Below, in pieces: positions 14,870 through 30,030 of a stretch of DNA of 64,000 bases. The position numbers were made by a program, and so were the translations under genes. Source of the stretch: the human T2T-CHM13v2.0 reference genome, Homo sapiens; assembly GCF_009914755.1 (NCBI RefSeq), contig NC_060939.1; one strand, 5' to 3'. Under the pieces are notes generated by a model. The model had not been told where the DNA came from, made no database searches, and was given only the letters and a program-made list of their open reading frames with translations. Each line of letters begins with the position of its first letter. Position 1 is the stretch's first letter.

Positions 14870-15680
14870 CTGTCCAGGACATGTGTGGGGCTCAGAGACA
14901 CCATAGACAAAGTTGCCATGTTCTGTGATGCTTCTGTCCAATAGGGTTTCAGAAAACTTGACAAAAATTAAACTATAAGGTGGAAGAGCTACCCTTGGGA
15001 ACTGAGAGGACAGGTTTCAGGCCTGGGGTGGGATGGACAGGGGAAGCCTCCAGGAGGAGGAACATTGGAGGAGATGCTGGAGAGTGAGGCGCAGTGGGTC
15101 CAGGAGACAGGGGAGGGAAAGCGAGGAGGAAAACGTGTGTGCCTGGCACAGGCCAGGCCATGAGAAGAGGTCAGTGGATTGGAAGGAGCGCTGGGATGAG
15201 TAATTGGTGAGGAAGCAGGAGCAGGAAGGGCAGACCACGGAGGGACTGGGCAGGGGAGGCAGGGAGGGCCGCTCCCTGAGGACTGCGCTCTGTGGGGAGG
15301 GATTCGAATGTCTGGGTTTGTTTCCCTGAGATGTTACCCCAGCCCATGAGCTCAGCCTATGGGAAGGACGTTGAGGAGTGAGTGGGCCCTGTCCCCCGGG
15401 GAGGCTCCTGGGCGGGGCCAGGGGGGCGTGTGTCTGGGAGAAAGGAGGGTGGAGAAGAGCAAAGAGGACCCCCGGCTGCCTGACTGCAGGGCTCATGGGG
15501 CTGCTCTTGTTCGCCGCCTTTTCTCCATCGCTCAGACCCTCACTTCCCCGCCAGGGCAGGTTTCTGCCCCCTCAGTCCTTTTGCAGGTGTAGGGTGGGAT
15601 CCATGGAGGAGAAAACTCGGATCTGCAGGCTCCTCTCCACCTGGCGCCCACACAGGTGATGGTGGGAGCAGCCTGAAGGG
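14870..15680. mobile_element. L2-like relic, unusually GC-rich
   Basis: Purine-rich text (gggaagcctccaggaggaggaacatt, agagcaaagaggaccccc) follows the L2 3' region as I recall it. Confidence 0.5.
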
Positions 15681-16050
15681 AAGTGCCGGTGCGGGGGTCG
15701 CAGCTGCGCAGTGAGGGGAACCGGAGGCTGCCGCGCAGGCTGGGCTTGGGGGCGGGAGCCAGGCCCACGTGGGGCGTGAGGGCCGCGGGTGGAGGGCGAG
15801 GCTGACAGGGAGTGAGGGAGGAAGGTGGAGGGCGGTGATCAGAGGGCGCGGCTGACAGGGGGAGAGGGCGGTGAGATCTACAGGAGAACTCAGGGCGGAT
15901 GTCTGCCGGGTGCGCGTTGGGCTTTCTGGTCGCTTCTCTGCGAACGCGCGCTTGTTCCTGCGGCGGTGCCTGCCTGTGTCGTCGTCCCTGTTTGTTCTTC
16001 TTCAAACCTCAGGATTTCTCCGTGTTTCCCAGACCGTAACGTACATTTAA
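15640..16050. promoter_or_regulatory. CpG-island-like segment with GC boxes
   Basis: Dense CpG in an otherwise CpG-depleted window; gggggcggga, agggcggtga x2, gcgaacgcgcgc. Confidence 0.6.
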
Positions 16051-16499
16051 AAACCTTGCTTTCTGTCACATATGCCCTTTTATATTATGGACATAACAAT
16101 TGTTACTTACCTACGTTTCCTATTTGTGAATTATTCATAGATACAGATTTTACCAAAACTTAGTTGACACATTGCGTATATTTATGGATAACAGTGTGAT
16201 ATTTTGATTCTTGTATTCATTGGGGAAGATTCAATCAAGCTAATTAACATGGGCATCAACTCACCAGCTAATACTTTATGGTGAGAACACTAAAAATCTA
16301 TTATTTAGCTATTCTAAAATGTACAGCGTGACTTCGGAGGAAATGATACTGCCCGGCCTCAGTAGCCCGAGACTGATCATTTCTAAATCCTGAGGTTCCC
16401 ATTTCTGAGGGGGTCATGGCTGCATACCCGTAAGCAAGGGGGGTGTTGGGGTGCTTTGTTTGCCCTGTTAATTTTGGGTGCCTCTGTGTTCTGAGAACT

Positions 16500-17720
16500 A
16501 TTAAGATAATATGTGTTTGAAAAATCCAGTTGCTTTAACTTTTCCTTTGTTTTAGTCTGTTAACAACGTTATCGCTTTTCTTTTACTGACTTTAGATTTA
16601 ATATATTCTTCCTTTTCTAGGTTCCAAAGGTGGAAACACAGATGACAGATTTTTGGTCTTTTCGTCATTTCCTATATATGTGTTCAATGGTATTTATTTG
16701 CCTATATGTTCTGCTTTCCTTTCATCCTACAAATTTTGATAAATTGTGCTTTTATTTTCATTTAGTTAATTTAAAAAAATTTCGCTGGAGATATCTTCTT
16801 TGACCAATATGTTATATGGAAGTGTGTTGTTTAATCTCAATGCATTTTGGGATATTACAGTTATCATTCCAGTCATCCTTTGATTTCTATTTTAATTCCA
16901 CTGTGGTCTGACAGGTGACATTGTATGATTTACTTTTTAAAAATTGTTGGGGTATTTTTTGTCCCAGAATGTGGCACATTTTGCTGAATATTCCATGTGA
17001 GCTTAAGAAGAATGTGTCCTCTGGAGTAGTTGAGGGAAGGAGACTGTAGGTGTCAGTTATGCCCAGTTGCTTGTTGGTGCTGTTGAGTTCAGCTTTTCCC
17101 TCCTGAATTACTGCCTGCTAGATCTGTCCGTATCTGATATAGGGTGTTAACGTTTCCAACTATAATACTGAATTCATCTTTTTCCTTGTGGTTCTGTTGA
17201 TTTCTGCCTCATAGTTTATGCTCTGTTATCAGGCTCATAGGCTTTAAGAATTATGACATCTTCTTGGAAGAATGGCTCTTCATCTCTATGTAATGCCCTT
17301 CTTTATTCCTGATAACTTTTCTTGCTTTGAAGTCTGCTCTGCCTGTAATTCATATAGCTCCTCTTGTTTACTTTGATTAGAGTTAGCATCGTACATTTTG
17401 TTCCATTCATTTACTTTTATTTGTCTTTATATTTGGGTTGGGCTTATAAATAACAGTTGTGTCTTGTTTTTTGATTCATTTTGTAAATCTGTGTCTTTTA
17501 CTTGGTGCAGTTAGACCACTGACATTCAAAGTGGTAAGCGATATAGTTGGATTAATATTTATCATATTTGTCAATATTTTCGATTTGTTGTCCTTGTTCC
17601 TTCTTCCTATTTTCATCTTCCATTCATTTTATGCCTTTCGTGGTTCTCATTGAGCATTTTATATTTTTCCGTCTCTCGCATTTCTAAAAATATGAGTTAT
17701 ATATAATTTTAACTTTTTCT
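16500..17720 (-). mobile_element. Old L1M ORF2 (endonuclease-side) relic
   Basis: T-rich antisense L1 text, e.g. ttaattccactgtggtctga and ttagaccactgacattcaaagtg. Confidence 0.8.
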
Positions 17721-18039
17721 TGGTTTAACATTTTTATAATCTTAGCTAATTATAAGAGAAAACAATTTCTTGAAAATAATAGAAAAATTATTAAATAATA
17801 TAAGCCTATGGATATAGCTTATGTATAAGTATATATGTGTACGGATATATGCACATGTGCATGTGTGTTTGTATGTGTGCGTGTATATGTATATATATAC
17901 ACACATATATATATGAAGTGGATATCAGCAATAATGCAAAGGACAGGAGAAAGGAATTAGGATTATTTGTTATAAGATACAGTAACTGTTAAGCAATATA
18001 ACTTTACTTGAAAAGTAGGTCAGTTTAGTTTTTTTTATT

Positions 18040-19978
<1,939 letters not shown>

Positions 19979-20732
19979 GGTTAGTTTTAAATATAATGTT
20001 TCCAACTGTAGAACAGTGCATTGCACAAAAAGCCTCTTACCTTCCTGGCTGTTGGCCATTGGCTAAATAAAGTGCCTTGCCAAGGGGGCTTCTCTCACAT
20101 GGCTTCATAAAATCCATCAAGAGAGACATCTCTAGCAAGACCAAAATCATAATCATATATAAGAATCCCAGTGACACTTCTATACCTTTGCACTATTCTA
20201 TTGTTTCGAAGCAAGTCTCAATTCCTGCTTAGAGTCACTTGGATGGGATTACAGTAGAAGGTTGTGTATATGAGAAGGTGGGGATAAATGGGCACCAACT
20301 TAGAGTCTACCTGACACATCAGGTATTCTCCTATATGAAACAGTTTCCTGGCCTTCACTTCTTTTTCATGACCTTGACCCTTTTGAAAAGTACCAGTCAG
20401 GTATTTAATAGGATGTCCCACGATATGGTTTCAGCTGATGTTTTCTCATGATTAAACTAGGAATATTAATGAATGAAATAACTTCACTTAAATCTGAAGA
20501 CAAAAAAGCCCTAAAGAATATAGTATTCAGAAATACTCAAAGAGGAAAAACTATTTTTAAAGTATGGAATGACAATTCACAATATAGTTAAGTTCAGTGC
20601 TTAAGGAAAACTGAGAAATTAAGGAGATGCACAAAGGAGGTATCAACAATATTGCTAATCATTGGTTTTTTTAAGCTTGGGAGTGACATTAACAACAACA
20701 AAAATAACAAGTTTTAAACAATGGTTTTCCAA

Positions 20733-21041
20733 GGCCAGGCACAGTGGCTCACGCCTGTAATCCCAGCACTTTAGGAGACTGAGGCGGGCAGATTACCTGA
20801 GGTCAGGAGTTCGAGACCAACATGGCAAAACCCTGTCTCTAGTAAAAATACAAAAAATTAGCCTGGCATGGTGGTGGACGATTGTAATCCCAGCTACTCA
20901 GGAGTCTGAGACAGGAGAATCACTTGACCCCAGGAGGCGGGGATTGTAGTAAGCTGAGATCATGCCACTGCACTCCAGCCTGGCAACAGAGGGAGACTCT
21001 GTCTCAAAAAAAAAACAAAAAACAAAAACAACAACAAAAAA
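20733..21041 (+). mobile_element. Alu (AluS-like)
   Basis: ggccaggcacagtggctcacgcc... with an A/CAA tail. Confidence 0.95.
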
Positions 21042-21644
21042 CGGTTCTATGGTTTTACATTTACAGAATAGTTGCAAATCTAGTAGAGAGTTTCCATATA
21101 CTCCATGCACAGTGTCCTTTATTATTAATCTCATAGCGTGAAACATTTGTCAGAATTAACCAACCAATCTCATGTATTGTCATTGAGTACTATACATACT
21201 TTATTCTCATTTTTTAGTTTTTGCTTAATGTTAAGATTATGTTTTAGGATCTCTTCTAGGATAAGTCGTCACATTTAGATATTATGGCTTCATAGGCTCC
21301 ATTGAATGTGATAGTTTCTCAGCGTTTCCTTGTTTTTCATGCCATTGACGTTTCTAATTTGGGATTTCTCTGCTGTTTCTCTCATGATGAGACTGGACTT
21401 CTGGGCTTAAGGGAGGAAGAATATAGATGAAAAGTACCATTCCTATCACATAATATCCAGGGCACAAGCTGTCAACAGGCTTTATCACTGTTGATGTTAA
21501 TTTGATCACCTGGATAAAAATCTTTTCATTCTAAAAATCTCTTCCGTAAAATTATTCTTTTTCTCCCTTTTCATGTTGTGTGCATAAAGAAAAGTCACTA
21601 TATACAACAAACACTCAGTACTTGGAGAATCATACACCACTGCT

Positions 21645-22015
21645 TTTTCTTTGAAATAAATTTATTAAAATTTCAATAGCTTTGGGATTACATGTAGTTT
21701 TTGGTTAAATGCATGAATTGTACAGTGGTGAAGTCTGGGGCTTTTAGCATACCTGTCACCCGAATAGTGTACATTTTACCTCATAGGTAATTTTTTATCC
21801 CTCACTCACCTCCAACCCTCCTCCTTTCAGAATCTTTAATGTCCATGATCCCCCTCTGCATGCTCCTGCATATCCATTGCTTACCCCAAACTTGTAAGTG
21901 AGAACCTGCGGTATTTGGTTTTCTGCTCCTGAGTTATTTCAATTGTGATAATGGCAAAATTGCTTTGAAAAAACATTATTTTGTTCTTTTATATGGCTGA
22001 GTAGTATTCTGTAAT

Positions 22016-22063
<48 letters not shown>

Positions 22064-22173
22064 TTTCTTTATCCACTAATTGGTTGATGGGCACTTAGAT
22101 TGATTTCGTATTTTTGCAATTGTGAATTGTGCTGTGATAAACCTAGAAGTGTAAGTGTCTTTTTGATAGAATG

Positions 22174-22176
<3 letters not shown>
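21645..22176 (-). mobile_element. L1MA/PB 3' end (left part of a split L1) containing (CA)n
   Basis: Antisense L1 3'UTR and ORF2 end; the text resumes at 25103. Confidence 0.88.

Positions 22177-22254
<78 letters not shown>
22177..22254. repeat. (GT)n(GA)n compound microsatellite in place of the Alu tail
   Basis: Seen directly. Confidence 0.98.
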
Positions 22255-22259
<5 letters not shown>

Positions 22260-22476
22260 TCTCACTTTGTCCTACAGGCTGGAGAGCAGTGGCCCAATCT
22301 CATCTCACTGCAACCACTGCCTCCTGGGTTCAAGGAATTCTTGTGCCTCAGCCGCTGAGGAGCTGGGACTGCAGGTGTGACACACCTGGCTAATTTTTGT
22401 ATTTTTAGTAAAAATGGGGTTTTGCCTTGTTGGCCAGGCTGGTCTGGAACTCCTGGGCTCAAGTGATCCACCTGCA
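22250..22476 (-). mobile_element. Alu lacking its 5' end
   Basis: gagacagggtctcactttgtc...caagtgatccacctgc. Confidence 0.92.
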
Positions 22477-23147
22477 CTGAGACAGTGAAAGAGATCTAAC
22501 CTAACCGACTCCGTCTTGCTTCTAACCTTTTAAGCAGCCCTTGTTCCTTCCTGGGCAAAGTTAAACTAACTTTGGGAGGAACTTACTTTACAGCTTATAG
22601 TTTAAAACAAAGACAATAACAGTCCTTTCTCAAACCTCTTTCTTACCTAGGGCCTATACTGCCTTTGTATGACTAACAAATTAGCCACATGATTAGAAAT
22701 TATGGCTTAGGAGTCATGCAGCTGGAGGCTACAAGATTCTGACCCTCCCTAAACTGCTCCAAAGATCAGTGCTTGAGGTATTTTGCAGCCCCTGCACTTG
22801 ATGGATCAGCTGGCACAACCCTGGTGGATAAACTGCCTGATCTGATCTTGTGGCCTCCACCTAGGAACTGAGTCAGCATACGAGGACAGCTTGGACTCCC
22901 TGTGATTCCATCTATGATGTGACCAATCAGAACTCCAAACTCACTGGCCTTCCCCCACCCACCAAATTATCCTTTAAAACACTGATACCTGAATGTCCTG
23001 GGAGACTGATTTGAGTAATAATAAAACTCCTCCAGTCTCCTACACAGTTGGCTTTCTGTGAATTACTCTTTGTCTATTGCAATTTTCCTGTCTTGATAAA
23101 TCAACTCTTTTAGGCAGCAGGCAAGGTGAATCCATTGGGTGGTTACA
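22477..23147 (+). mobile_element. LTR8-like solo LTR, slightly 5'-truncated
   Basis: ctgagacagtgaaagagatctaacctaaccgactcc...aataataaaactcc...gggtggttaca. Confidence 0.85.
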
Positions 23148-23964
23148 CTGTGTGTCATTTTCAGCATAGACTGTCTTCTTGAACATAGGTTTATTTTGTC
23201 CCACCCCAACCCCCAAAAGATGTGGCTAGGAAAAGAAAAAAAAAAGGTCCCAACATCTTTTCTTTTTCCTTCTGGATCTCTTTTCTGGAAGCAGGGCGTC
23301 AGTGACAGGAACATTTTGACCCCAGCTCTTAGTCCCTCTTAGGTCTGTGGAAGCCTCAGAAGGCGTGGCCAGGCCAGGGCATCCTGGCTGAGCACAGGGT
23401 TTGGCACCTCCTCCCTCCCTGGCAATATGCAGACAACTCTGAGTACTGAAAGATGAAACTAACACACCTCAAGGAAGGATACGTACCTCGATGCATGCCA
23501 CAGAGACACACTTCCAGGATCTTTTTAAGATCTTACCCATGTTTTGCAAGGAAAAGCAACACAGAACTGAAGTGCCTTCAGTTATTTCAGGTGGGGCTGT
23601 CTTGTACAGGGCAGTCAGGGAGAGAGACTGGAAGGTAAGGGGAGGGGACAGCCAGTCCTTCCAGTTAGCAAAGTTCAGGCTCACTGACTGCTTCCAACTC
23701 ACTGCTCACTCACTGCTTCTTAGATTAGGATACCCTGGGAATCAGCTACAATAACCTCAGACAAGGAACCGTAAAAACCTGAAATGCACATTGGGTGCCA
23801 GCCAACAACGAAGCTTGGCTTCCAAGACAAAAAGTTGCTCTTTCTCCTCCTGCTACCTTGGATGTGCCAGGTTGTAATTTGTAAATGTATTGTCTGGCCC
23901 TTAGGGGTTGGCAGCTAACGATTGGTTGCAGAAGGAGCCTGGCCTAGGAGTGAGAGAGATGCCA

Positions 23965-24070
23965 GCACAAGAGAAGCCCACTGACTGTAAGCCAGGAAGT
24001 GGGCTGTCTCCAGACACCAAACCTGCTGGCGCCTTGATCTGGGACCTCCCAGTCTCCAGACTCCTCAGGG
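23965..24070 (+). mobile_element. MLT1 fragment
   Basis: gtaagccaggaagtgggctgtctccagacaccaaacctgctggcgccttgatctgggac. Confidence 0.8.
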
Positions 24071-25102
24071 CCACTGTCATCTTGTGAAGCAATCACCACA
24101 TGTTCCCATCACAGCTGATGGTGGCAACTAACCCATGCAGAGTACTGAAATGAGCCAGGCTCTGTCTGCCGTCTCGTGTGTAATCACCTAGTTATTCCTG
24201 GCAGCAGTCCTGGGTTCTCTGCATTTCCAGAGTGCAAGTCCTCCAGTAACCACTGAAATGCTTTCTCAGGAGTTGTTGTCAACTCCTTAAAAACATTTCT
24301 CCCTACTTGGCACAGAGCACAGTGACACCAGAAACAGCCTTCTCTGGACCCCAGCCCTGGCAATGGCCATGTCACTTCCCTCAGGCCCAGGAAGAAGGCA
24401 GGCTCTGGTCTCCCGCTGGGCAGCAACACCTACCTTAACCCGGATTTCTCACTTGGGTGAACTCTTGGATCACCGTGCCCAGTCTGACGGAGTCTGCAGC
24501 AGATGCAATAAGGGCTTTGGGGCCGGGAAGTGGAGCTCACCCATGTGCCAAGCCTGAGGTCGGGCACCCCTCCTTCACACCATCTGTGGGGACTTCCTCC
24601 CTTCCCCAGCGGAACGCCACAGAGAACCGACCTGATGGTGCCAAGAGGGCGAATTTCCCCCAGGTCCTCTGAAATATATTGTCACGATTTGTAACAGGAA
24701 GCCGAGTGAGGAGCATAAAGTGCTTCCAGAGACTAGGTGATGGGCCACATCCCTGGCCGGCGTGTTGAGCCCCTGAACCAAAGTCTCTGCGACCACCACC
24801 TTTGCCTGTCTGCCCCAGTTTTCTGAGCATGTGCTCTGCATACACTTGTGTGCCAGGCCGCCAGCCACTCTCGCCTGTACTCCCCCAGCCCCAGCGGAGC
24901 TGCCACAGGCGCCTTCTGCTCACCAGGTGGAATTTACCTTTTATCCTGTGCAGCAGGCTGCAGAACGCGCCCCTCCGCTCCCTCTCTGTGGGGCTGCAAG
25001 GGGTCGGGTCCACCACCGAGGCTGCCTTTATGGAGAACCCTGCACTTGTCCCGAGCCTGAAACCCCCGAATTGCAGGGTCCAGGAAGACTGGAGGTGGGG
25101 AC

Positions 25103-27160
25103 TGATAGAATGACTTCTTTTCATTTGGGTCCATGCCCAGTGGTGGGATTGCTAGATTGAATGGTAGCTCTGCTTTTAAAAGTTCATTGAGAAATCTCCA
25201 TACTGTTTACCATACAGGTTGTACTAATTTACATTCCCACCAAGGGTGTCTAAGCATTCCCTTTTCACCTCATCCACACCAATGTCTATCATTTATTGAC
25301 TTTTTCATAATGGTCCTTCTGACTAGGGTAAGATTGGTATCGCATTATGGTGTTAATTTGCATTCCCTGATGATCAGTGATGTTGAGCATTTTTTTTTCA
25401 TATGTTTGCTGGCCATTTGTGTATCTTCTTTTGCCTGTTCATGTCATCTCCCCACTTTTTAATGGGGTTATTTATTTTTTTCTTGCTGATTTGTTTGTGT
25501 TTCTTGTAGATTCTGGGTTAGTCCTTTGTTGGATGGACAGTTTCCAAATATTTTCTCCCATTCTGTAGGTTGTTTCTTTATTCCGTCGATTATTTCTTTT
25601 GCTGTGCAGAAGCTTTTCAGTTTCGCTAAGTCCCATTTATTTGTTTTTGTTTATGTTGTAGTTGCTTTCGGGGTCTTAGGTTTGTCTAGGCCAATGTCTT
25701 TACGGTTTCATGTCTTACATTTAAGTCTTTAATCCATCTTGAGTTAATTTTTATATATGGTGACAGATATGGATCCAGTTTCATTCTTCCGCATGTGGCT
25801 ATCTTATTTTCCCAGCACCTTTTGTTGAATGGGGTGTTCATTCATCAGTTATGTTTTTGTCTGTTCTGTTGAAAATCAGTTAATCGTAAGTATTTGGCTT
25901 CATTTCTGGGGTCTCTGTTCTGTTCCTCTGGTCTGTATGTCTACATTTATACCAGTATCATGTTAATATGCCGGCAGATGTTGTAATGGACTGTGTTGAT
26001 TGACCTTGGACCAGAAGGTGGCAATTGCAGGAGAGAGCCAGATGCAGTCATGGTGGTGGGATTTATGCTTAACCTTTGTTACCCAGGGGAAGTAGTCAGC
26101 TGATGGGAAGTGACACGGAATTCTAAGAAGTCCCTGTTCCTATTCTGCTACTAGGACAGGTAGAGGGGCAAAGCCGAGTGTGGGCTGGGTCAGGACAGTC
26201 CATACTCTGCCTCTCCAAGTGTGAGTGTAAGCAGAAGCCACAATGGGGGTCAGTGGACAGTTCCCTGACCACTGGGATAGTGTTCCAGGGAGGAGAACAC
26301 CCTCTGCCACATGAGAGTCTGTACGGAGAGAGGGGTAGCAAGTGGCAGGTCAATTCCCATGACCTTGACACAGAAGGTCTTACACATGCAGACCTCTGCT
26401 GGCAAACACCCACAATAGCCAGCTAAGTCCCAGGCAGTCTAGGCTGAGAACACAAACCTGCCCCAGGCTGCAAGACTTCCCACTGGAGACTGAAACTGAA
26501 ACGGTAGCTCTGAGGCCACACCCCTTGATTTGACATGTGAAGCAGCAGTACCCAGCTCCCATGACCCTGGCACAAGAAAGCTTCCTGCATGCCCCTTGGT
26601 TCGGGCCTTAAGGGGTTCATCCGCTGCTCAATATTAGATCAAATACAAATCTTAGTTGGTCAGCTTCTCCCTCAGTTGGGAGCTTCTTTCAGTGCGTGAC
26701 TGCTGCCTGGGTTACTTCGCTGATTTCTGCAAGATCTTCTATGAATCAGGGTCAGGAATATCTTCCTTCTGTGCCTGCTGGGATCTGGGAGTGCACACGC
26801 AGCACACCCAGGTGCCACTCCTTCTTTCATGGTCCCCTCCTCTGTAAGTCAGCTCCAGTGCTGGGCAGGGTTAAGGCACTTCCCTGTGACCTGGACTGCC
26901 TGGTTCCCCAGTGGGAATGTATCACAGAGAGAGTCTCCCCCTTTCGCACTCTGAAGCCTCAATTTCCCATCTGACACATGGTGCAAGTTGCTGCCTGCTG
27001 CTCCTTTCAAAGTATCCAAAGGTTCTTTCACTTCTTCTGTTGAGTTCCTGTGATTGTTGGATACAAATTCACAGTGTGAATCTCTAGACACTATTTTGCT
27101 CTTTCTAAGCAGGTGAGGCACACTAACAAAGTCTCCAATCTGCCATCTTGAAAAAAAAAA
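25103..27160 (-). mobile_element. Right part of the split L1: ORF2 3' part joined to 5'UTR-like sequence
   Basis: ORF2 antisense text to ~25965, then GC-richer L1 5'-like sequence ending ccaatctgccatcttg, implying an internal deletion. Confidence 0.7.
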
Positions 27161-27189
27161 ACAAACAAAACAAAAAATGCTCCACTTTA

Positions 27190-30030
27190 TGAGCAGAATG
27201 TTTACCAAAAGTTATTTGGACCTTTCATCCTGAAAGTGTCTATTCTCCTCCAATAATCGTTATATTTATGCAGTCATTTTTGTCAGTATGCAAACATGGA
27301 TATTTGTTTTACTCTTTCCTTCTACTACTTCATTTATTTGTTTAAATTGTTGCAGTGTTGGCTATTGGAAGGTCTTTCAGTTGGATCGTTTGTCATTTTG
27401 AAACACTACCATAATGAAGCTTTGCTATTGTTATGTGGTTGGTTAGTTGTTTGCTCTGTTGTTTGGCGTTTTATTTTTTCTGGCACTACTAGGTGCTTAA
27501 GCTAATTGTGTGGATTTCCTCACAAGCCTGGTATTAACCATTTTTTCCACAGAGCCCTAGTTCTTCTTATTGGAAAATTGAATGAGAAATGGAGATCTGG
27601 GCTCTTGACATATTCATTGCTCCTGGGGCATCTGTTGATTCGTGATCTTGTGTGCTGACAGAGCAAATACATCTATGTACACTGATTCACACACACACAC
27701 ACAGAAACACACACACACACACAAATATTTTCTCATATATCTGTATCTTTAAGTTAAACATGAATTCCTAATAATCCTCCAGCACCCCATGATCTAATCC
27801 AGTACCACGTGAATCACTGCACCTATTCCCGCTTACTTGTGTGTAGCCTACCACACTAACAGTGATAAAGATGCTTCTGTTATTTAATCACATAATCCAA
27901 AAGACTTGTATAAGTGGTTTCAGAATTAGAAATGTATATGGCCATGAGAAAGAACTTTACCAACTAAAGTTTTTAGGGATAAATCTTTACCCTTTAGACT
28001 CAGAATATCCACTTACTTGCTACGTTCCTTGGGTCAGCTGCTTTCCCCCCTCCATTCAGTGAGGTTATTTCACTGATGTGTTATTTAATTCTATTATGTG
28101 TATAGCCCCATGCTATCTGCTACCTACTGTAGAAGGGTTTTAATTTCTATATTTTAAGTTCACTTTTTGTATTACAAAGTTATTTAGGATTTGTAAAATA
28201 TAATCACGTATTTATCATTACAGTATGATACCAGAATAATTTCACTGCCTAGAGCAAATCTGCTGTACCTCACCAATTTGGCCTGCCTCTTTTCCAAGCT
28301 CCTAGTAAATACCAAACATTTTATTATCTCTATGCTTTTTCACATTGCAGAGTGTCACATAACCGAAACCACACAAAGTATTTTGCCTTTTTAAATTTAC
28401 TTTTTTTTTGCAATATACCCTTTAGATTTGTGAAATGTATCTCATGGTTGTTTAGAGTTGCATTTTCCTAATGACAAAAGACTTAGGCCTCATATCATGT
28501 GCTTACTAGATGTGACTATAGTATCTTTGGATACATGTCTATTCAGATAGTTCACCAATTTGATTGTGATATTTGCCTTTTTATTTTGAGTTGTAAAATA
28601 TTTTATATATTGTGGCTAATATATTCTTTTCTGCTATGTGATTGTGAAGATTTTCTTCTATTCTTTGTGTTATCTTTTCACTTTTAATTATGTACTTTGA
28701 ATCTCAGAAATTTTTAATTCTTACAAAGTTAAATATATTCATTTTTTAATTTCCTTTTCTTGGGCTTTAAGTATCATATCTTAGAAATTATAGGAGTTAT
28801 TGTTTAAGCTAAGACCCAAATTATGTATTTCTATATTATCTTCTAAGGGTTTGGTCTATTTAGCTCTTACATTTGGATATATGATTACTTTGAGCCAATT
28901 ATGTATATGGTGTGAGTGAGAAGTTCAACTTCCTTGTGGATATTCAATTGTCCTAGCAACATTTGTTAAAATATATTTTTCCATATTGAATTGGCTTGGC
29001 AGACTTATAAAATCATTTGACTATAAAGGTAAAGATTAATTTTTGGACATTCAATTCTACCATATTCCTTTGATCTGTATGTCCAAGTTTATGCTATTAT
29101 TGAGCCTTTAAATTAAATTATGATGATACTGAGTTTTTCATGGATGCCCTTTAAAATAAAGAAACTTTCCTTATAGGCTTAATTTGTTGTATACTGTTAT
29201 CAAAAATGGATTTTAGATTTGTCAGGTGCCTTTCCTGCATCTTTTGAGATGATCATATGGCTTTTGTTTTTTATTTTATTCTTATAGGTCATGACACTAA
29301 TTATTTTGTATGTTGAACCAAATTTGCATTCCTGGGACAAATACCATTGGTGATGGTGTATAATTCTTTTTACATTTGCTGATTTGTATTGCTAGCATTT
29401 TATTGAAGACATTTACCCTCTATTTATAAAAGATATTGGTCTTAATTTTTCTTTCTTGAGATGTCTTGCTTTAGTTTTAATATCAGTGTAAACTAATAGT
29501 ATACATCAGGAAGTGATCTCTTCTCCACTTTTACTGTTGTTTAAGTTTTTATGAAGAGTTTGTGATAGATTGTTATTAATTATTTTCAGGTTTAGAATAG
29601 TTCACCAGTGAAGTCATCTCAACCAGCACAGGGCCTTGACTCCTAACAACAATCACACGAACTTGGAAGAGGAGCCTTCCCCAACTGAACCTTCGCTTGA
29701 GACCTCGTCCTTGGCCATCCTCTACATCTGGATTCATGATACAGAGAAACTGTGAGTAAGAGCCACTCAGTGTGTGAGAATTTATTATTCAGCAGTAAAT
29801 AATACACCTGACAGTCAATGCAATGTGGTATCCTGGACAGAAAAATGACATTACTTAAAAGCCTAGTAAAATATGGAAAAAGCCTATACTTCAATAAATA
29901 GTTTTGTGCCAACTGTTTTTTAGGGCTCATGGTTACATAATCTATTACATTGCATGTAATTCAAAGATATCTAAAGCTTTCTGTAGTATCTTTGCATATT
30001 TCTGTGTATTTAAAATTATTTCAAAGAAAA
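27190..30030. mobile_element. Mosaic of old L1M fragments and an MLT1-like fragment
   Basis: Parallels 6760-8640 and 44300-45930. Confidence 0.65.

Larger units (their letters stand above)
22177..25102 (-). mobile_element. TSD-flanked composite insert, probable retroposed transcript
   Basis: 13-bp direct repeat tgatagaatgact at 22164-22176 and 25103-25115; the host L1 text is continuous across the insert. Confidence 0.7.

Noticed and set aside
15017-16163. Overlapping 77-159 aa ORFs on both strands
   Set aside because: Low-complexity Pro/Arg/Gly-rich translations of GC-rich DNA with no family motif.
24537-25124. 195-aa ORF, the longest in the track
   Set aside because: No recognisable domain; it starts in the host L1 and crosses the insert boundary; long ORFs occur in several frames here, as expected from high GC content.
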